Of a stretch of DNA of 64,000 nucleotides, positions 12,164 through 25,887 are shown one piece after another. The notes beneath the pieces are model-generated. The model did not search any database. It saw only the letters and a list, made by a program, of their open reading frames with translations, and was not told where the DNA came from. The number at the start of each line of letters is the position of its first letter. Positions within the stretch are counted from its first letter, which is position 1. The stretch covers positions 6,959,097-7,023,096 of the forward strand of contig CM082598.2 of NCBI GenBank assembly GCA_040954595.2, read 5' to 3'. Source of the stretch: Balanoglossus misakiensis. Its lineage: Eukaryota; Animalia; Hemichordata. The translations under genes were made by a program, and so were the position numbers.

Positions 12164-14504
12164 ATAAAGACGATATCTTGTCAAACGAGAAAAAAATCTA
12201 CTTAGCAAGTTCATAATGAAGTATGGTTTTGTCTTTTTAATTAAGATTCCTTGATTTGCAAAATATCTACTCAGAAATTTCATAAGCACAATAGCTTATT
12301 ATATCCCGGAACTATATTCAGTTTTTTGGAGTTCATTGGTCAGGTTATTAATTTTGCAGATTTTCATGAGAGATTTCTTTGAATTAATTACTTGCCACAA
12401 ATATTAGTATTCATTTCTAATTTTTATGTTAACCAGAAAATTGCTAATGTGGAAGGCTTGTATTGCTTTCCAAGGCATTTTGTTATCCAGTACACATACA
12501 ATATTTTTTTTTACTTTAATCAAATAATGTATGATTGATGCTCTTAGGATGAAGACTTTATTAAAACTTGCCATGCTGAAATATTCATTTTATGTCTCTT
12601 GTAAACATTCCTTCGCCTAGTAGTCCATTGGACAGACTCATGGAAAATTTCAAAAAATATTTTTTGGCATCAAAAAATCATAACTCATATTTGAGATTTT
12701 AAGGAATACTTGTATTTCCCGACAAACTGCCCAGAGAGGCAAATGTAAAAATATTGAATTTCTTTGACAGAAATCATAACATTATGATAGAAATATATCC
12801 GGAGTGACAATCAAATTATGATTTCAGGGATGAGTATACCTTAAGAAGTTTCTTCCGCAATGCATTGAGAAAAAAAAGGTAGGACTGGTAATAGAAAAAA
12901 ATGCTGTAAACAAACAGTGGGTGAAAATAACTGGGTTACATATCCAGACCCTTAACCCCCCTGAAATTAAATGGTCCTTCCCTTACCTGACCATTTTCAT
13001 GTAACACAATGCACAATGCTTCGCTCGGTGATTATTTCCCGCCAAATATGCTAATTTTCACCTGGGAGGTCTTATATCCACAACTAAATACCCTCGGTAG
13101 CCGTTTATAACCTCTAATTAGATTGTATTTTCGATTTTTGAGTACACCACTACCTTAAATAATCTTCGTTTCATATGCATTGTTTTGGCCGCCAAATATA
13201 CAAAAAGAAGACTTTAGAGACGATCTCTTATATATGCCTAAACAAAATTGTCCTTGAAACAGTGTTATTGATATAAGTATGTTTGTCAGTTATGCCCGTT
13301 GTTCTTAGTGCAATTGTGCAAATTAGTTCTGAATTTTTTGTGAAATTCAAATGAGCATTTTCGGAGATAGCCATTGAAAGTTGATACGCGCTATATAGTG
13401 CGTTACTTAATTTACTGTTGTATGATGTTTCAAACGAGTAATATTCATAGTCAAACTCCCCTGAAACTAACCAGTCTTCACCAGGTATATTTTCTTTAGG
13501 CCCATGTTAAATATTAGGAAAGGATTTAAACGCTTAGCCATAAACGCGCCTTCCGTTAATACAAAAGTTCCGCAGAATATACCTCAAGAGGGCGCTGTTG
13601 TTGACCTTCGACCGATAGCCTTTGACCCCGTACAGCGTCTTCGTTTGTGTGACATGCAGGCTAGCGAATCGGCCAGTTTGTTTTAATGGCACATTTTTCA
13701 GTCGTCAACTCCGATGTCGCCTTTTCTATGGACTTTACTTGGCTAGTGTTCGTTACACATCCAGGACGGTGTCATATTTCTCTCAAAGAACAGCGGAAAA
13801 CATGCGAAGCCAAGGAGCGAGCAACCAACTGTTTTCTGCAAGTCATGGGTTCAGACTCCCACACACTGTCCACCATCACTATTCCTATATACAGCTTTGG
13901 CAGAGTGAGTATTGAAACATTACAGTATCTAGTGTGTTTCTAGATATCACAGATAGTTTTCACGACTAAGTGTGTGGGTAGAATCACATTCGTCGAAATA
14001 ACGCTGCTGTAGTCCCCTGATTCAGTCCGTAAACAAGGTAAGCTTGAGCCATGGACGATCGACAATCAGTTTCAGCTGACGATTTCAAATTCGCCCTATC
14101 GCAACTCAGTAACTGGGACCGACTGATGCTCCATACATTAAAGTTCATGACTACTCACACCAATTGCAAAATATCAATGTTAAGGCGTGCTTTCAGAGAA
14201 AAGTCAACCAGAAAATCGACAACAATTGATGACCTCATGTGACCTTTACCATTTGAATCAGGCGACCACTGCAGTTTGATTCCGACGTTTGTCGGTAGAA
14301 CACAGGGAGCTCTTCCTTCTTGTTTGTATTGTGTGTGTGCGACAAAAATATGTATGTTTTCAAATATGGTTATTTGTCTTGTTCAGGCATCTGGACAAAG
14401 GCTCAAGAAATCCTTGCTAAACAAGGGAAAAAAGCTATGTACAATATTAAAAGATATCCGAGTCAGTTTAAAAACATATATTTATAGAGCTAGCTCTACG
14501 AATT

Positions 14505-15180
14505 TTCGACTGCAAAATTCTTCCAATACTTATGTACGGTAGTGAAGTATGGGGTTTTCATGACGATAAGGATGTTGAAAAAATTCAAATAGATTTCTGT
14601 AAATATATTCTCAAGGTAAGTTCAAGGTCAACCAATTTAGCTGTCTTGGGAGAACTGGGCAGACAATCTTTGAAAACGCTTCGTCTACCACGCATTATTA
14701 AATACTGGGTAAAATTAATTCATAGCGACAATTACATGTATAGATATACTAAGCAGTGTTATGATTACCAACGTGAAATGGCAGACAAAGGTTATCACTG
14801 TTGGGCCAAAAAGGTCAAAGACCTTTTGTTTACCTTTGGATTTGGTATTGCTTGGGAGTCACAGGCTGTGGGAAACGAATGTCTTTTTCTTTCAAATTTT
14901 AAACAAAGATGCCTGGATATTGGTCAGCAGGTATGGCACAGTGAATTGGTCAATTTCACTAAAATGGATTCTTATCGTTTATTTAAAAATAATTTGTCTT
15001 TTGAAAAATATTTGAATTGTGTAAATATTGAGCTATTTAGAGTCACCCTTTGTAAATTTAGAATTTCAAACCACAAACTATTAATAGAGACTAGAGAGTG
15101 GTCGTTTTGAAGGGTTACCAAGAGAAAACAGAATTTGTCTTATTTGTCCCGTCTACATTGAATTAAGAACACATTTTCTC
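14505..15180 (+). mobile_element. 3' fragment of LINE ORF2 (L2/Crack/Daphne-like), degenerate
   Basis: YGSEVWG..FCKYILKV..STNLAVLGELGR..IIKYWVKL..FRISNHKLLIET, then frameshifted PRENRICLIC. Confidence 0.85.
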
Positions 15181-15616
15181 TCATCGTTCTACTATCAGCA
15201 ACCTTCATAACGATAGCACAATTTTAGGGGTACTCATACAGTTAACAAAATAAATATTTTGAACAGGATCTTAGAAAGCTAGAGAAAAATTCAAACATTC
15301 AGTCTTATAAAGTAGGGTACAGGCTATACAATGATTACATGACTGACAAGGTCAGGGGTCAAGTTCAAACTTTGGGTCAAAGTGAAAATTTCGCTGTTTT
15401 TAGCATATTGATCATTCATTGTTTTGATTTACCAGAAAACGGTTTGCTCGAGGAGGCTGTAAATTGGTCATCAGGGAGCAAGGAATATTAGCTTTAAAAA
15501 AATAGGCTGATTTTCGTCTTCGGTGGTAATTTATATGAACATTTCGTTACCATAACAATGAATAGAAGATTTTTACCAAAAAATAAGAAACTTGCTATAT
15601 CTTTGCTACCAATTAA

Positions 15617-16372
15617 GATGGGTCCCCGGGATCTTTTTGCCCGTTGCTATGAGCCTTTGCAGGACATTACACCCCGATTTGGACTAAGCCGTTTTCAGAG
15701 TCTAACAAGGGGCTGGTAACTAGTTGAAAATCTGCACTATTGTGAGCGCGCGCCCCCTGACGCCATTGATATGCAAATTAGCTAGGTCAAATTTCAAAAG
15801 CCTAAGGCTTTTTATTCCGTGACCTCAAAAACGAACTTGATACGTATTCATTAGTTGCTTGAACCAGGGAAGATCGTGACGGATTTTGTTTTCGAATATT
15901 ATCGTTGTATCCTCGATTTTGGGTGTTTTTTGACGCACTCTTCCACCGGTATCGGTTCTTAGCACGACGGAAACCGAAAAAACGATCCGTCACACTGTGC
16001 GGAAGTGCGTTCTCAACAAGCAGGTCAAATTTGACTGGCCTACATCGCCTGTGAAAAAAGCCTTAGGGATTTTCGTGAATGGTACAAAATCTCTGTGTAC
16101 AAAACATTGGATTTTTAGCGTTCGATTCAGTTACTGTGGTTACAGGACGCGTACGCTATCGCTGACCGCTGCTTTGCCGTATTAGCTTGGGGGCCTATGG
16201 CCGGGCGGTAGCTGCCGTAAACATACTCGGACAGGGGGTGTGCACACAATCGTGCGTATTTTTAACTAGTTACAAGCCCCTTGTCGGACGTTCATAACGG
16301 TTGTGATCAAAATTGAGTGTAGTGTCCTATAAAGGCCCATAGCAACGGGCAAAAAGATCCCGGGGACCCATC
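15617..16372. mobile_element. Non-autonomous DNA transposon with ~130-bp TIRs and TTAA TSD
   Basis: ttaa|gatgggtccccgggatctttttgcccgttgctatg ... catagcaacgggcaaaaagatcccggggacccatc|ttaa. Confidence 0.85.
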
Positions 16373-18170
16373 TTAAGCTTGAGATAAAATATAAACACTC
16401 GAACTTATAATGTCGGCTGCGAGCTATTGATTGCTACCTTGAACTTAATGGTTCAAGGTCAAGGTCATCAAATTTCAGGTCAAAGTGACAAAATGGGCAT
16501 TATGGATTTTTGTTCAAAATGACACTCTCGGCAAGTGATTACTAAACACTGTTTGGGTCTAGAATGATCTAATATGATCTCCAGATACAGATGTGTATTG
16601 TTTACAAAGATTTTAGATGCAAATTGGACAAAACACTTCTAGATACTAAGAATTATGAGAGAACCTGACATTATGTCTGACATATTCAGCTTTCAGAGAG
16701 TAGTTACAAAAATACTGCAAATGACTAGTTCAATTTAATCATGCAGTGTTACTGTGAAGTAGATCACCGATATTTACTTCATCATGCAACTGTAAAACAA
16801 TTATCAAACCAAAAATAATAGGTGACAAATCTAATTTTACAATAGCCTTCCCTTGTGATAGTTTTTCAAAGACCAAAATGGCTTTGACACATGGTACATA
16901 TATTTTATTGTTCTAGTTGCTGTTATGTGATCAACTATGGTGCAGGAACAAAGAGAATGAAGATGCAACATGGGTAAGTCAATCTGTCCGATGGAAAAGA
17001 ATTATCTACTATCACAATCTGATTCAAATCAAATGTAGGGTACCTCGACATTGTTTACTTTATGCTGTACGGTATTCTTCTGCTGTTGCCTCATCCCGCA
17101 AGTCAAAGATGTCACTGTACCCTACATCTGCTTTTTATCAGATTGCTAGAGTCAGTCTTATTATGAAGTCTTGTTGATTCCATGAACCATCCCTTAAGAA
17201 AGTCACCAAGATGTCACAACCTTGACATACGGTCTCTTTCCATGTTTGCACCAAGCATGTAGGGCGATAAAATTCCACACTTGCTGCACCCTTGTCTACA
17301 TACCGGTTAGACAAGTTTGGGGATGGAACGGTACTAACATACTTGTATCACAGGCCTTTATTCACGGAATGTTTAGTATTATATGGTATGAACTGAAAAA
17401 GTTTGTTGTCTGTCAACTCTTCTGTCTTTGTCTTACCGATACGGTTCTAACCTGTATCAATGTTGGATCAATTAAAGAACCAAAGATGCAGCAAGCTTGT
17501 GACAAGGGTGGATGATTGAAATATTACCTTACAGTTCTCTATATGTAACAAGCTTGCTAGAAGGATGGGTGGATTAAATATTAATTTACACTTTACAATT
17601 CTTGCCCCCCCCCCCCACCCCCCCCCCCCACCACACACAAACACACTTGTTCTCAGCTTGAAAGTGAATGAAGCAATATTAGATAAAAGTTGATTTTTTT
17701 CATCTGTAGTAAACTTCCCACCTACACTTATTCTGGTACATGTTGAAATGCATTGATGAATCAGCATTTAAATGACTGTCAGAGAATACATGTAAATCAT
17801 TAAAGTTGATATAAAAATGCAGAGAAAGGAAAAATATTACCAATGCTTTTGTCTTATTAATGCATATTAGCCAAACAAAATATTCCAAAATTGATATTCG
17901 AGATTTCTGAAAAAAATTCTCTGTGTCAGCCCCATACCTTTTCGAGTATAGTGGATAATTTTCTTGAATCTCCAGTGAGTTTGTGGAGTCAGTGGCATGT
18001 CATATGGGCTTAGAGGGCTCATTGATATAAAATAGGGAGATGATACAATATATGTATCATACATACATGTATCATGGCACAAAGAATTCATACATGTTAT
18101 ACATGTATCAAACTCTGAACACTTTTGTGCATTGTAGGTCTCTCCGCTCTTTTAAATGCAGGGGGTTTAA

Positions 18171-18255
18171 CCCTTTCACCACCATGGTTCAGTCCAAACC
18201 CATTGTTTTCTATGATAATGTTGGACCTCTATAGAGGGAACTGGGGGTGAAAGGG
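18171..18255. mobile_element. 85-bp piggyBac-like MITE; related copies near 19832-19916, 21670-21748, 30647-30775 and 33541-33615
   Basis: ttaa|ccctttcacc ... ggtgaaaggg|ttaa. Confidence 0.8.
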
Positions 18256-18606
18256 TTAAACCAATAAGTTGTGAGGAATAGGTTACATGACCCCATTCTA
18301 CTGGAATTCAAAGAGATATGAAACACTACCTAGGATTTTTATTGCTTTTTGTTCACTTCATAGGCTTGTTGTCTAAGTATTCCCAACTGTTGGTACATCA
18401 CATCTCACTCAAAAACTTACATGGTATAATTGGACAGGGTGCAGTTTAAAACTCTTTCACTGTAAAGTTGTTCTACAGTGTAAACTGTGTTCTCAGCCAC
18501 CACAAGAAATAATTAAATAAAAAATAATAATTAATTTGATCATTCCTCATCACTCATTAACAGTATGATACCTGCAATTGTATCTCTCATGCAGTTATAT
18601 AGCTAA

Positions 18607-18952
18607 AGCTCCATTAGCTGTAACTTTTTGCTACAATTTCAGTGTGTGTGTTTTGTGTATCTACTGCAGTTTCTTGTTCAAATCCCTGAAGCGTGATGAA
18701 ATGCCCATCATTTAGATTATCAACACAACATGTATGTGTATAGTCAGCATTGTTATTTTGACAAAAAATTGTATTCAATTTCTTGACTAGAATTCATTTG
18801 TAACAATGGCTGTTACACACAAGCAGGTTATGTTGACACACTCAGTAATTGGGTATATTAGCATTCTGTGTGGAGTAGAACAAGAAATTGCTTTTGATGC
18901 ACAAAATAAACATACTGCCAAAATAAAGCCAAAAGTTACAGCTGATGTCCCT
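18607..18952. mobile_element. MITE with TTAA-type ends
   Basis: agctccattagctgtaactttt ... aaaagttacagctgatgtccct|ttaa. Confidence 0.6.
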
Positions 18953-20394
18953 TTAAATGTCCACATGTTTTTACCTTGAAATCTCTGACTTCTTAGCCAG
19001 GCCCTACATGAGCTAACATTTGATTGACAGAGATGTGCATGACAAATATTTCTGTTCCTGTCATGCCATTCATGGGGAAGTCATAAAGCAAATGGTCCTA
19101 TAGAATAAAGTTCAGTTTAGAATTGGTAACTTTTACACAGATATTGTAGGAAATAAAATTTGAATTGATAGAAACCATGGTATAGCTGTGTATTTGTTGC
19201 ACATGCCATTTAAGAAATTCATTAAATTTCAATTAATGATTTTGCTTTCAAAATTTCAGTTTGGAGGAAGTCTCTATGCACTGGTTGTATATAACACTGC
19301 AGATTGTGCTCCAAACCAAGTTGCCATATACACAGCTCCTACCAGTAATGCTCACAAGATGTTAACAACTTTGGAAAGTATTGAGTAAGTCATCTTTGGA
19401 CGTTTCTAATAGTTCTGAGTTTTCCTTAAAGCCCCAAAAGCTAGCTGCCACTGTTTTGCCAGTTTAGATTTGTCCATCTAGATAAGCTTACCGATAGAGG
19501 TATATATGAACCTCTTATCAATGTCCATTTGTGGCTGTATGTTGCAATTTGAACAAGTGTTATTTTAAATGGATGTCACACCGATTTAATCAGCCTCCAT
19601 TCAAAGAGTACACAACAGTCGTGTTATGCATTAGCAAAAGATGATAAACTGATGCGGATACAATCAATATAGCTTAATGGTGATGATTCTAAAGCAGAAG
19701 GGAAATTGTCATTATTATCATACATGCAGAGCTTGAATTTGCCACTTTCTATTGTTCTCACCAAATTTAGTGTAATAACCCCTAAGTACCACCCTCTAAT
19801 TTTAAAGAACACTAATTATGGAAGCCCATTAACCCTTTCACAACCAAGGTTCAGTCCAAACCCATTGATTCCATTAAAAGGTTTGACCTGTATAGAAGGA
19901 ACTTGGGGTGAAAGGGTTAAAGGGACAAAGTCGCTCTTTTTGACCTTTGACTCACTTGCTTTTATTAGACGTAATTCCTACCTTTAAATGTTTCATAAAA
20001 TGTTTAATCAAATCTGTCTACAATCAGAGTAGACGTTGTTTACATACACCTTTTGTTAAATGATTGTTGTTGTATTTCAGATTGTTGTCAGGAGCAGGTG
20101 AGAAATACAGTATGATTTCTGAAGGTCTGAGTACTGCATCGCAGTTATTTGGTGATATCAACAGTTTACGATATTCAAGGTAATTATGGTAAAATTCTGA
20201 GTTTAAAGATCATTCTCTAGTTATGGCCCCCATTTTGAGGTGGTTAATCTGTTTGTGTAAAGCTCACCATGTCAACCAGGAAGTGATTCCATACAGACAC
20301 TGGAGTACAACTAACGTGTGAAGTACATTGAAAACTGCCTAGTAAGGACACCCCTAGGACAACAAAATATGTCCTTAATAGGAGGTGTCCTTAA

Positions 20395-20737
20395 AGGGAC
20401 AAATTCTCTCTTTCGCTGCCCCTTTCCCATGAATTATGAATGCTACAGGACACCATTTCTGTTATTCTACATGTGGATATATAGTGAATCAACGTTTCAC
20501 CACACACAACTTCAACCCTGCTTGTAGCCACCAGAGTGATAAAAAAACACACGCCAATAATCGGTCTCTATCATTTATTCATTTTAGGCGAGTTTTTATG
20601 CTCATATCATTCAAGAGGGATGGAAATTGTGTATAGTTGAACGTTCATTAACTACATATACACATGTACATTAATATAAAATGTCTCTTGTATCAAACAT
20701 AATGGAAAAAGGGCAGCGAGAGAGAGACTTTGTCCCT
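20395..20737. mobile_element. MITE of the same family as 5050-5395, nested in an older Tc1-like MITE
   Basis: ttaa|agggacaaattctctct ... agagagactttgtccct|ttaa. Confidence 0.8.
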
Positions 20738-20994
20738 TTAACAGAAATGTACATGTAATACTCTATTCAAACCATTACTCTTGTCTTGAACAATCTTTCC
20801 TTAATAGAGAGGTATCCTGATTAGAGAGATGTCTGTATTGACAGGTTTCACTGTATTATCAACATTTTCAGTTTCATAATCCTTTAGTCTTTGCCAGAGA
20901 ATTTTGACAGCAGCCAAAAACTTTCTCTGCCATACACACAATAAGAGAAAGCTTGCACCTGTGTTTTACTGTTAAATAACCATACCACAAACTA

Positions 20995-21198
20995 CTGTAA
21001 AACGGGTCATTTTTGCAAGCAATTGATTTTCGCGAAATAGGCGAGAGCCAATAAAACGTGAAAATAAAGTCACATAAAATGTTTTTCGGAGATAAAGATG
21101 CAATGAAATACGAGAATGTGAAAAATAATCCTCACATAACAGTTGCCTCCTTTAATAACGCGAACATTTTCTGTCGCGAACTTAATCCGTTTTACAGT
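20995..21198. mobile_element. Tc1/mariner-like MITE; related copy at about 24771-24966
   Basis: ta|ctgtaaaacgg ... ccgttttacag. Confidence 0.65.
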
Positions 21199-21941
21199 CT
21201 GGTAATATTGAAGGTCAGAATGCTTTTGATGAGAGAACAATACATCAGTTGCAAAATATCTTGACTAACATGAAATGATTGAATTTTCTGAAGAATATAT
21301 AATCTCGCAGTTGGTGTATTGTTTTCTCATCGAAAGCATTCTGACCATCAATATTATTCTGTTGAGCTATACATGCAATCTAGTCTATATATGTTCAGAG
21401 GTGATGTTATCATCGATAACAGATCCTAAATACTAAAAGAGCATAAAATGTCTGCGACAGATACTTTGTTAGTTGTAACAGGTGTTAAATAAGAATTTGG
21501 ATAACACTGACAGTATTTTGGCTATTGTTGGGGGGGGGGGGGGGTTGGAGCAATAAGTGATTTTAGAACCCCATGTAACACCTGTCTTACCATTAATATG
21601 ACTGCATTGATGGTACCATGAGGAATGCTAGTAAAATGACTGGGGAACCCTGGTTACATTACCCTGATCACCACAATGGTTCAGTCCAACAGCATTGTTT
21701 TCTATGGTAAGGTTGGACCTCTGAAGAGGAAATTGGGGTGGAAGGGTTAGAAAAAACACTGACTGACAATACTGCCAATAACAAAATGTTGTTTTTCTCT
21801 TCTCTTTGCATACAGCACACAAGAACAGAAACATTGTATATTGATCTGCAACTCTCCTCCACATCCCTTGCCAAGTCAAGATAATATTAATTACAGTGGA
21901 TTGACTGCAGATCAATTGGCTGCCATGTTGGGTGAGGTAAG

Positions 21942-22982
21942 CAGTGTTTTCTCCAGGACGCGCGATTGCGCGATTCCCCCTCGATTCCCCCTCTTTTACA
22001 CTTGAATTGCCTCTTGAACTTGTTACAAGGGGCGATTCAATCGCCCCTTTCTTGAGCAGCCCACCCAGCCAGTACATGTGCGTCCATGCCTCCATAGCAG
22101 GCACCGTCAGTCAAAACACTGAGAAAACGGCCGATATTACTGCGTGCTGGCCTATACATTTTAACTTTCCACCCCCCAAAACTATGTTGTGGATGACTTT
22201 CACATTCAATTTAGCTCCAGGGCTGTAGTGTGCAATTGTTGGAACAGCCAAAGAGTTCTGTCTGGACACTGTCTAAATTTAGAGCACACATTCAAGTGAA
22301 CTTGTTGTTATGGTGACTTTTGAAATTGGGTTGGCAGAACGTAACAATGCAAATTAAAAGAACTGCCGTTCATGCCATGGCGATTATCAAGAATGTATCA
22401 GTTTTCCATGACCTCGTTTTCTTACTTAGGAAGGAAAGTCATTCAATATGTACAGAGACTGTTTACTTTGAGTAGTGTGCCTAGCCACAGATGGGGAAGT
22501 GTAGGCAGAAATCTGAAGGAAAATATACCACTTCAATTTATTTAACTATTAATGGTTTCACAATCTAATATTTTGGCAGCTAAACTGAAACTTTTAAAAT
22601 CAAATAAGATAATTTTTTCCCAGGTATAGTATTAAAGAAAGACACTATTGTTTTCCAGTTGCATTTATTTTATTCATTTCACTCTCCTTGCCAGGGGAGC
22701 AGTTCTTAGTCACTCTCCTACCACTTGTGTAAATAATTTCAGGAAAGTTATTTTCAGCTCTCCAGCATTTTTTAAATTACATGCCCTGAAAGTTATGCAA
22801 GCTGGAGTGTTCCTCTGCAAAACCTACTAATTTATTATTCAAAATGGTCATTACTTGATATTTACCTAAGTAACATAAATTATGCAAATCATGATTCCCC
22901 CCTATTTTGACCAAATCCCCCCTTAATTTTAGACTAAGGAGGGACATTCCCCCCTTCTCTCAACATCCTGGAGAAAACACTG
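21942..22982. mobile_element. hAT-like non-autonomous element (1041 bp) with an apparent 6-bp TSD
   Basis: TIR cagtgttttctccagga / tcctggagaaaacactg; ggtaag at 21936-21941 and 22983-22988. Confidence 0.85.
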
Positions 22983-24468
22983 GGTAAGCGATGTAAAACA
23001 TTTCATACAACACTGCCTACTAACAATAGTCATATCAATCTGACAACGGAAGATGAAAACAAAACATCTTTTCAAACTAGCTTACTGTGCGGACCGATTT
23101 CATTAAGCCCCATTTAACAGGAATTCTGGTTTTATAATTAACTTTGATTGATTGACAGGTGTTTTACATCTAAATGCATCGTTTTGGGAACATTTTCTAG
23201 TATGTATGAGATTATTAAATTGAACTTGTATATTTGCTGAGGGCAACTAAATTTTCAGTAAAGATGAGGAATGCTCAATGTTTGGATTGTCTTCAAAAAG
23301 ATGACAACAACTCAAGTCTCAAAAACTCTTTGTTTTGAATTTTGAATTGTTTTTGTTGCATCAGTAACGACTTCACATGTGGATGCCACATTTTGATTCT
23401 TAGCAAATGTTGTATTTTCACAGAGAGGAGTCCATTCCTCAATCATATCACCCCGCAAACTGCCTGAACTCCAAAAACTTAGTGACAAAGCGTGAAGTAC
23501 AGATGGTACCTATGAAGGATTATGCGGCTGATCCACACCACATGATACTTCTCAAAGGTTATCAACTTGCTGGTAGGTATCTGTTGCTATGCAAATATTT
23601 GCAATCATACCATCCAGATTCTAAAGTTCACAGGTCAAATATATAACTTGTTATGTGGTCATTTACAACCAATTCATCATTTTGTGGTTTGTTAAAATGT
23701 TACTCGAAATCGGTACTTCCATGAAATGGTTGTAATATATGTATTAATATTTATTACACATCACGTATTATTATGCGCTCCTGGTTGGCTAATGCTAAAT
23801 ATGACAGAACTTCACGACCTCTGCACACGATCTGAGGCTTATGGAAGTTATTGTCGCGAGTGATGCAGTGTTTTCTGTTGCAGTACTTGCACAAGTCAAG
23901 GATAAAATTCCCCATCGTTTCAATGCCTGGCCAATGAATTACACATCCTCCTGAAAATTGTTGGAAGGTGGGCAATCAGTTTCCATGGTTGCATCCTGGA
24001 TGAAACACTGGTACAGGTTCAAGACAAGTTTAGTGACATTGTGTAAATCCACAGAAGAATTTCACATCAACTGTATAATCTTCTATTTTTCTCATGATTG
24101 TGTTTCAGAAAAATCTGTGTCAAGTGGTGATACATAAGAGGTTGCCATCGTGAAACCTAAAACCATAGCAACCACTTCAGTGTCTACAACCACTACCACA
24201 ACACAGCCACTGAAACCCGCATCAACAGTTACCATGTTTACAGCATCTACCTCCAGTATGACCTCAAATCCTCTCAAATCAACTGTTGGAAGTTCATCTC
24301 CAGGTAAAGTCTCCAGTGTTGCTTACGAGCCATTTGTCAAATTAGGTCCGCACATAATTAGGACCACCAAGTGAAGTGTGAGATATAGTAGAATATTGCC
24401 ATGTTGATCTTCACTACAATATTACTTAAAGTTATATAGCACTCTGTGATCAACGAGTTGAAAATACA

Positions 24469-24509
24469 GCATGAGCTTTCGGGGACATGTAGTCCCCTTC
24501 ATCAGATGC
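24469..24509 (-). ncRNA. Minimal type I hammerhead ribozyme (Penelope-like element type)
   Basis: Minus strand reads gcat CTGATGA a ggggac-tacat-gtcccc GAA AGCT C atgc: stem I gcat/atgc, intact core, 6-bp stem II, palindromic stem III, UC cleavage site. Confidence 0.8.
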
Positions 24510-25887
24510 ACACGTGGAATGAACAGAGAAACAGAGAATCATGGGGTATTCAAAGTAGGAAATATGTGCAGGACCAGGTGCATCGATCAGAAATATTTCC
24601 TACAGTGGATTTTCTATCTGAGGATGGTGACTTCATGACCGCGATATTGTGCCCTTGAGCGAGTCACTTTACTTCTCATTGCTCTTGGGAGACTGGCTTT
24701 GTAGAGGTGATTTGCACCTGTTCTAGTCTTTCTACTAGACATATTTTCTGTGTTTGCGATTGATGAATTACTGTCTAATGGGAAATTTTTGTGAACTTGG
24801 CGAGAACCAACAAATGCGAATTAAAAAGTCATATAAAATGTTTTTCGGGGATATTGGTGCAGTTAGTGAAATATAAGAATGCGAAATTTAATTGTAGAGT
24901 AACCGCTCGGCTGTCTCTATTGATATTGCGAACATTTCTTGTCACAGAAATTTCCCGTTTTACAGTTCATAAATAAATCAACTAGATCTTTTTACTGCAG
25001 ATGCCACACCAACTAATCATCTGTCACCTGGACAACCAAGTCAAATTGGAAGTCAGTCTGCACAACAACTGTCATCCTCTCAACAGAAACTGACTCAACC
25101 AAGTCAGCCCCAGATGCAGGGCCAAGGTAAAAGGTCATCAATGCCTGTTGCCCAGCCTACCAGTTTACCAAACCAACCAGTATCCACTGTCACAGCAAAC
25201 AGGACACAACAACCCAATCTGACTGTTTCAAGTATCCCCATGAGACAATTTTTGTCGTCTCAGGTACAGTTGTTGTCTATGCGATTTAAATTAGCTGTTT
25301 CTAGTTACCCATCCTGTGAATTGAAAGCTTTTTATGACTGTTTCACATAGCCTCGTGTTACCAATTTCTATAAAGTAAACTATTGTTTCAAAACACATTA
25401 AAAACTTCTGTTTTGGTTGCTAGAAACCCACTATGTGAATGCAAAGACTCTTTTGGATAATGCCACAGACTCAGTGATCAATTTCAATTTTTAATGAGAT
25501 TAATGTTGATAAGCCCTAATGTGGGTATGTTTGTTGAAAATAGGACTTCGAGAGTTGCAAGCTCAACATCGAATCAAAAATTGAAGTCATGAATTAAAAA
25601 TGGGGATTTGAATACTGGCCTTGATAATGATTCATATTAACTAGGTTTGTTACTCTTTTTGGACAGGCAACTTCACCACCAAAGATGACTTCCCAGCATG
25701 CATCAGCTGCTGCACTGAAAGCCACAGAGGGTGTCATGCAAACGGCAAATGCTAGTCAGTTCAGTAAGACACCACCAATTGCTGCTGTGAATTCTATCAA
25801 CTCACAGCCACAGCAGAGATGGCCAGGTACAGATTCACAGCCACAAAGAGGTAGGTACAGTCAAACCTGTCTATACTGGCCAGTTAA

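Noticed and set aside
24640-24690. tRNA gene
   Set aside because: Only a short SINE-core-like phrase (gtgcccttgagc..cactttac) is present, with no cloverleaf or A/B boxes.
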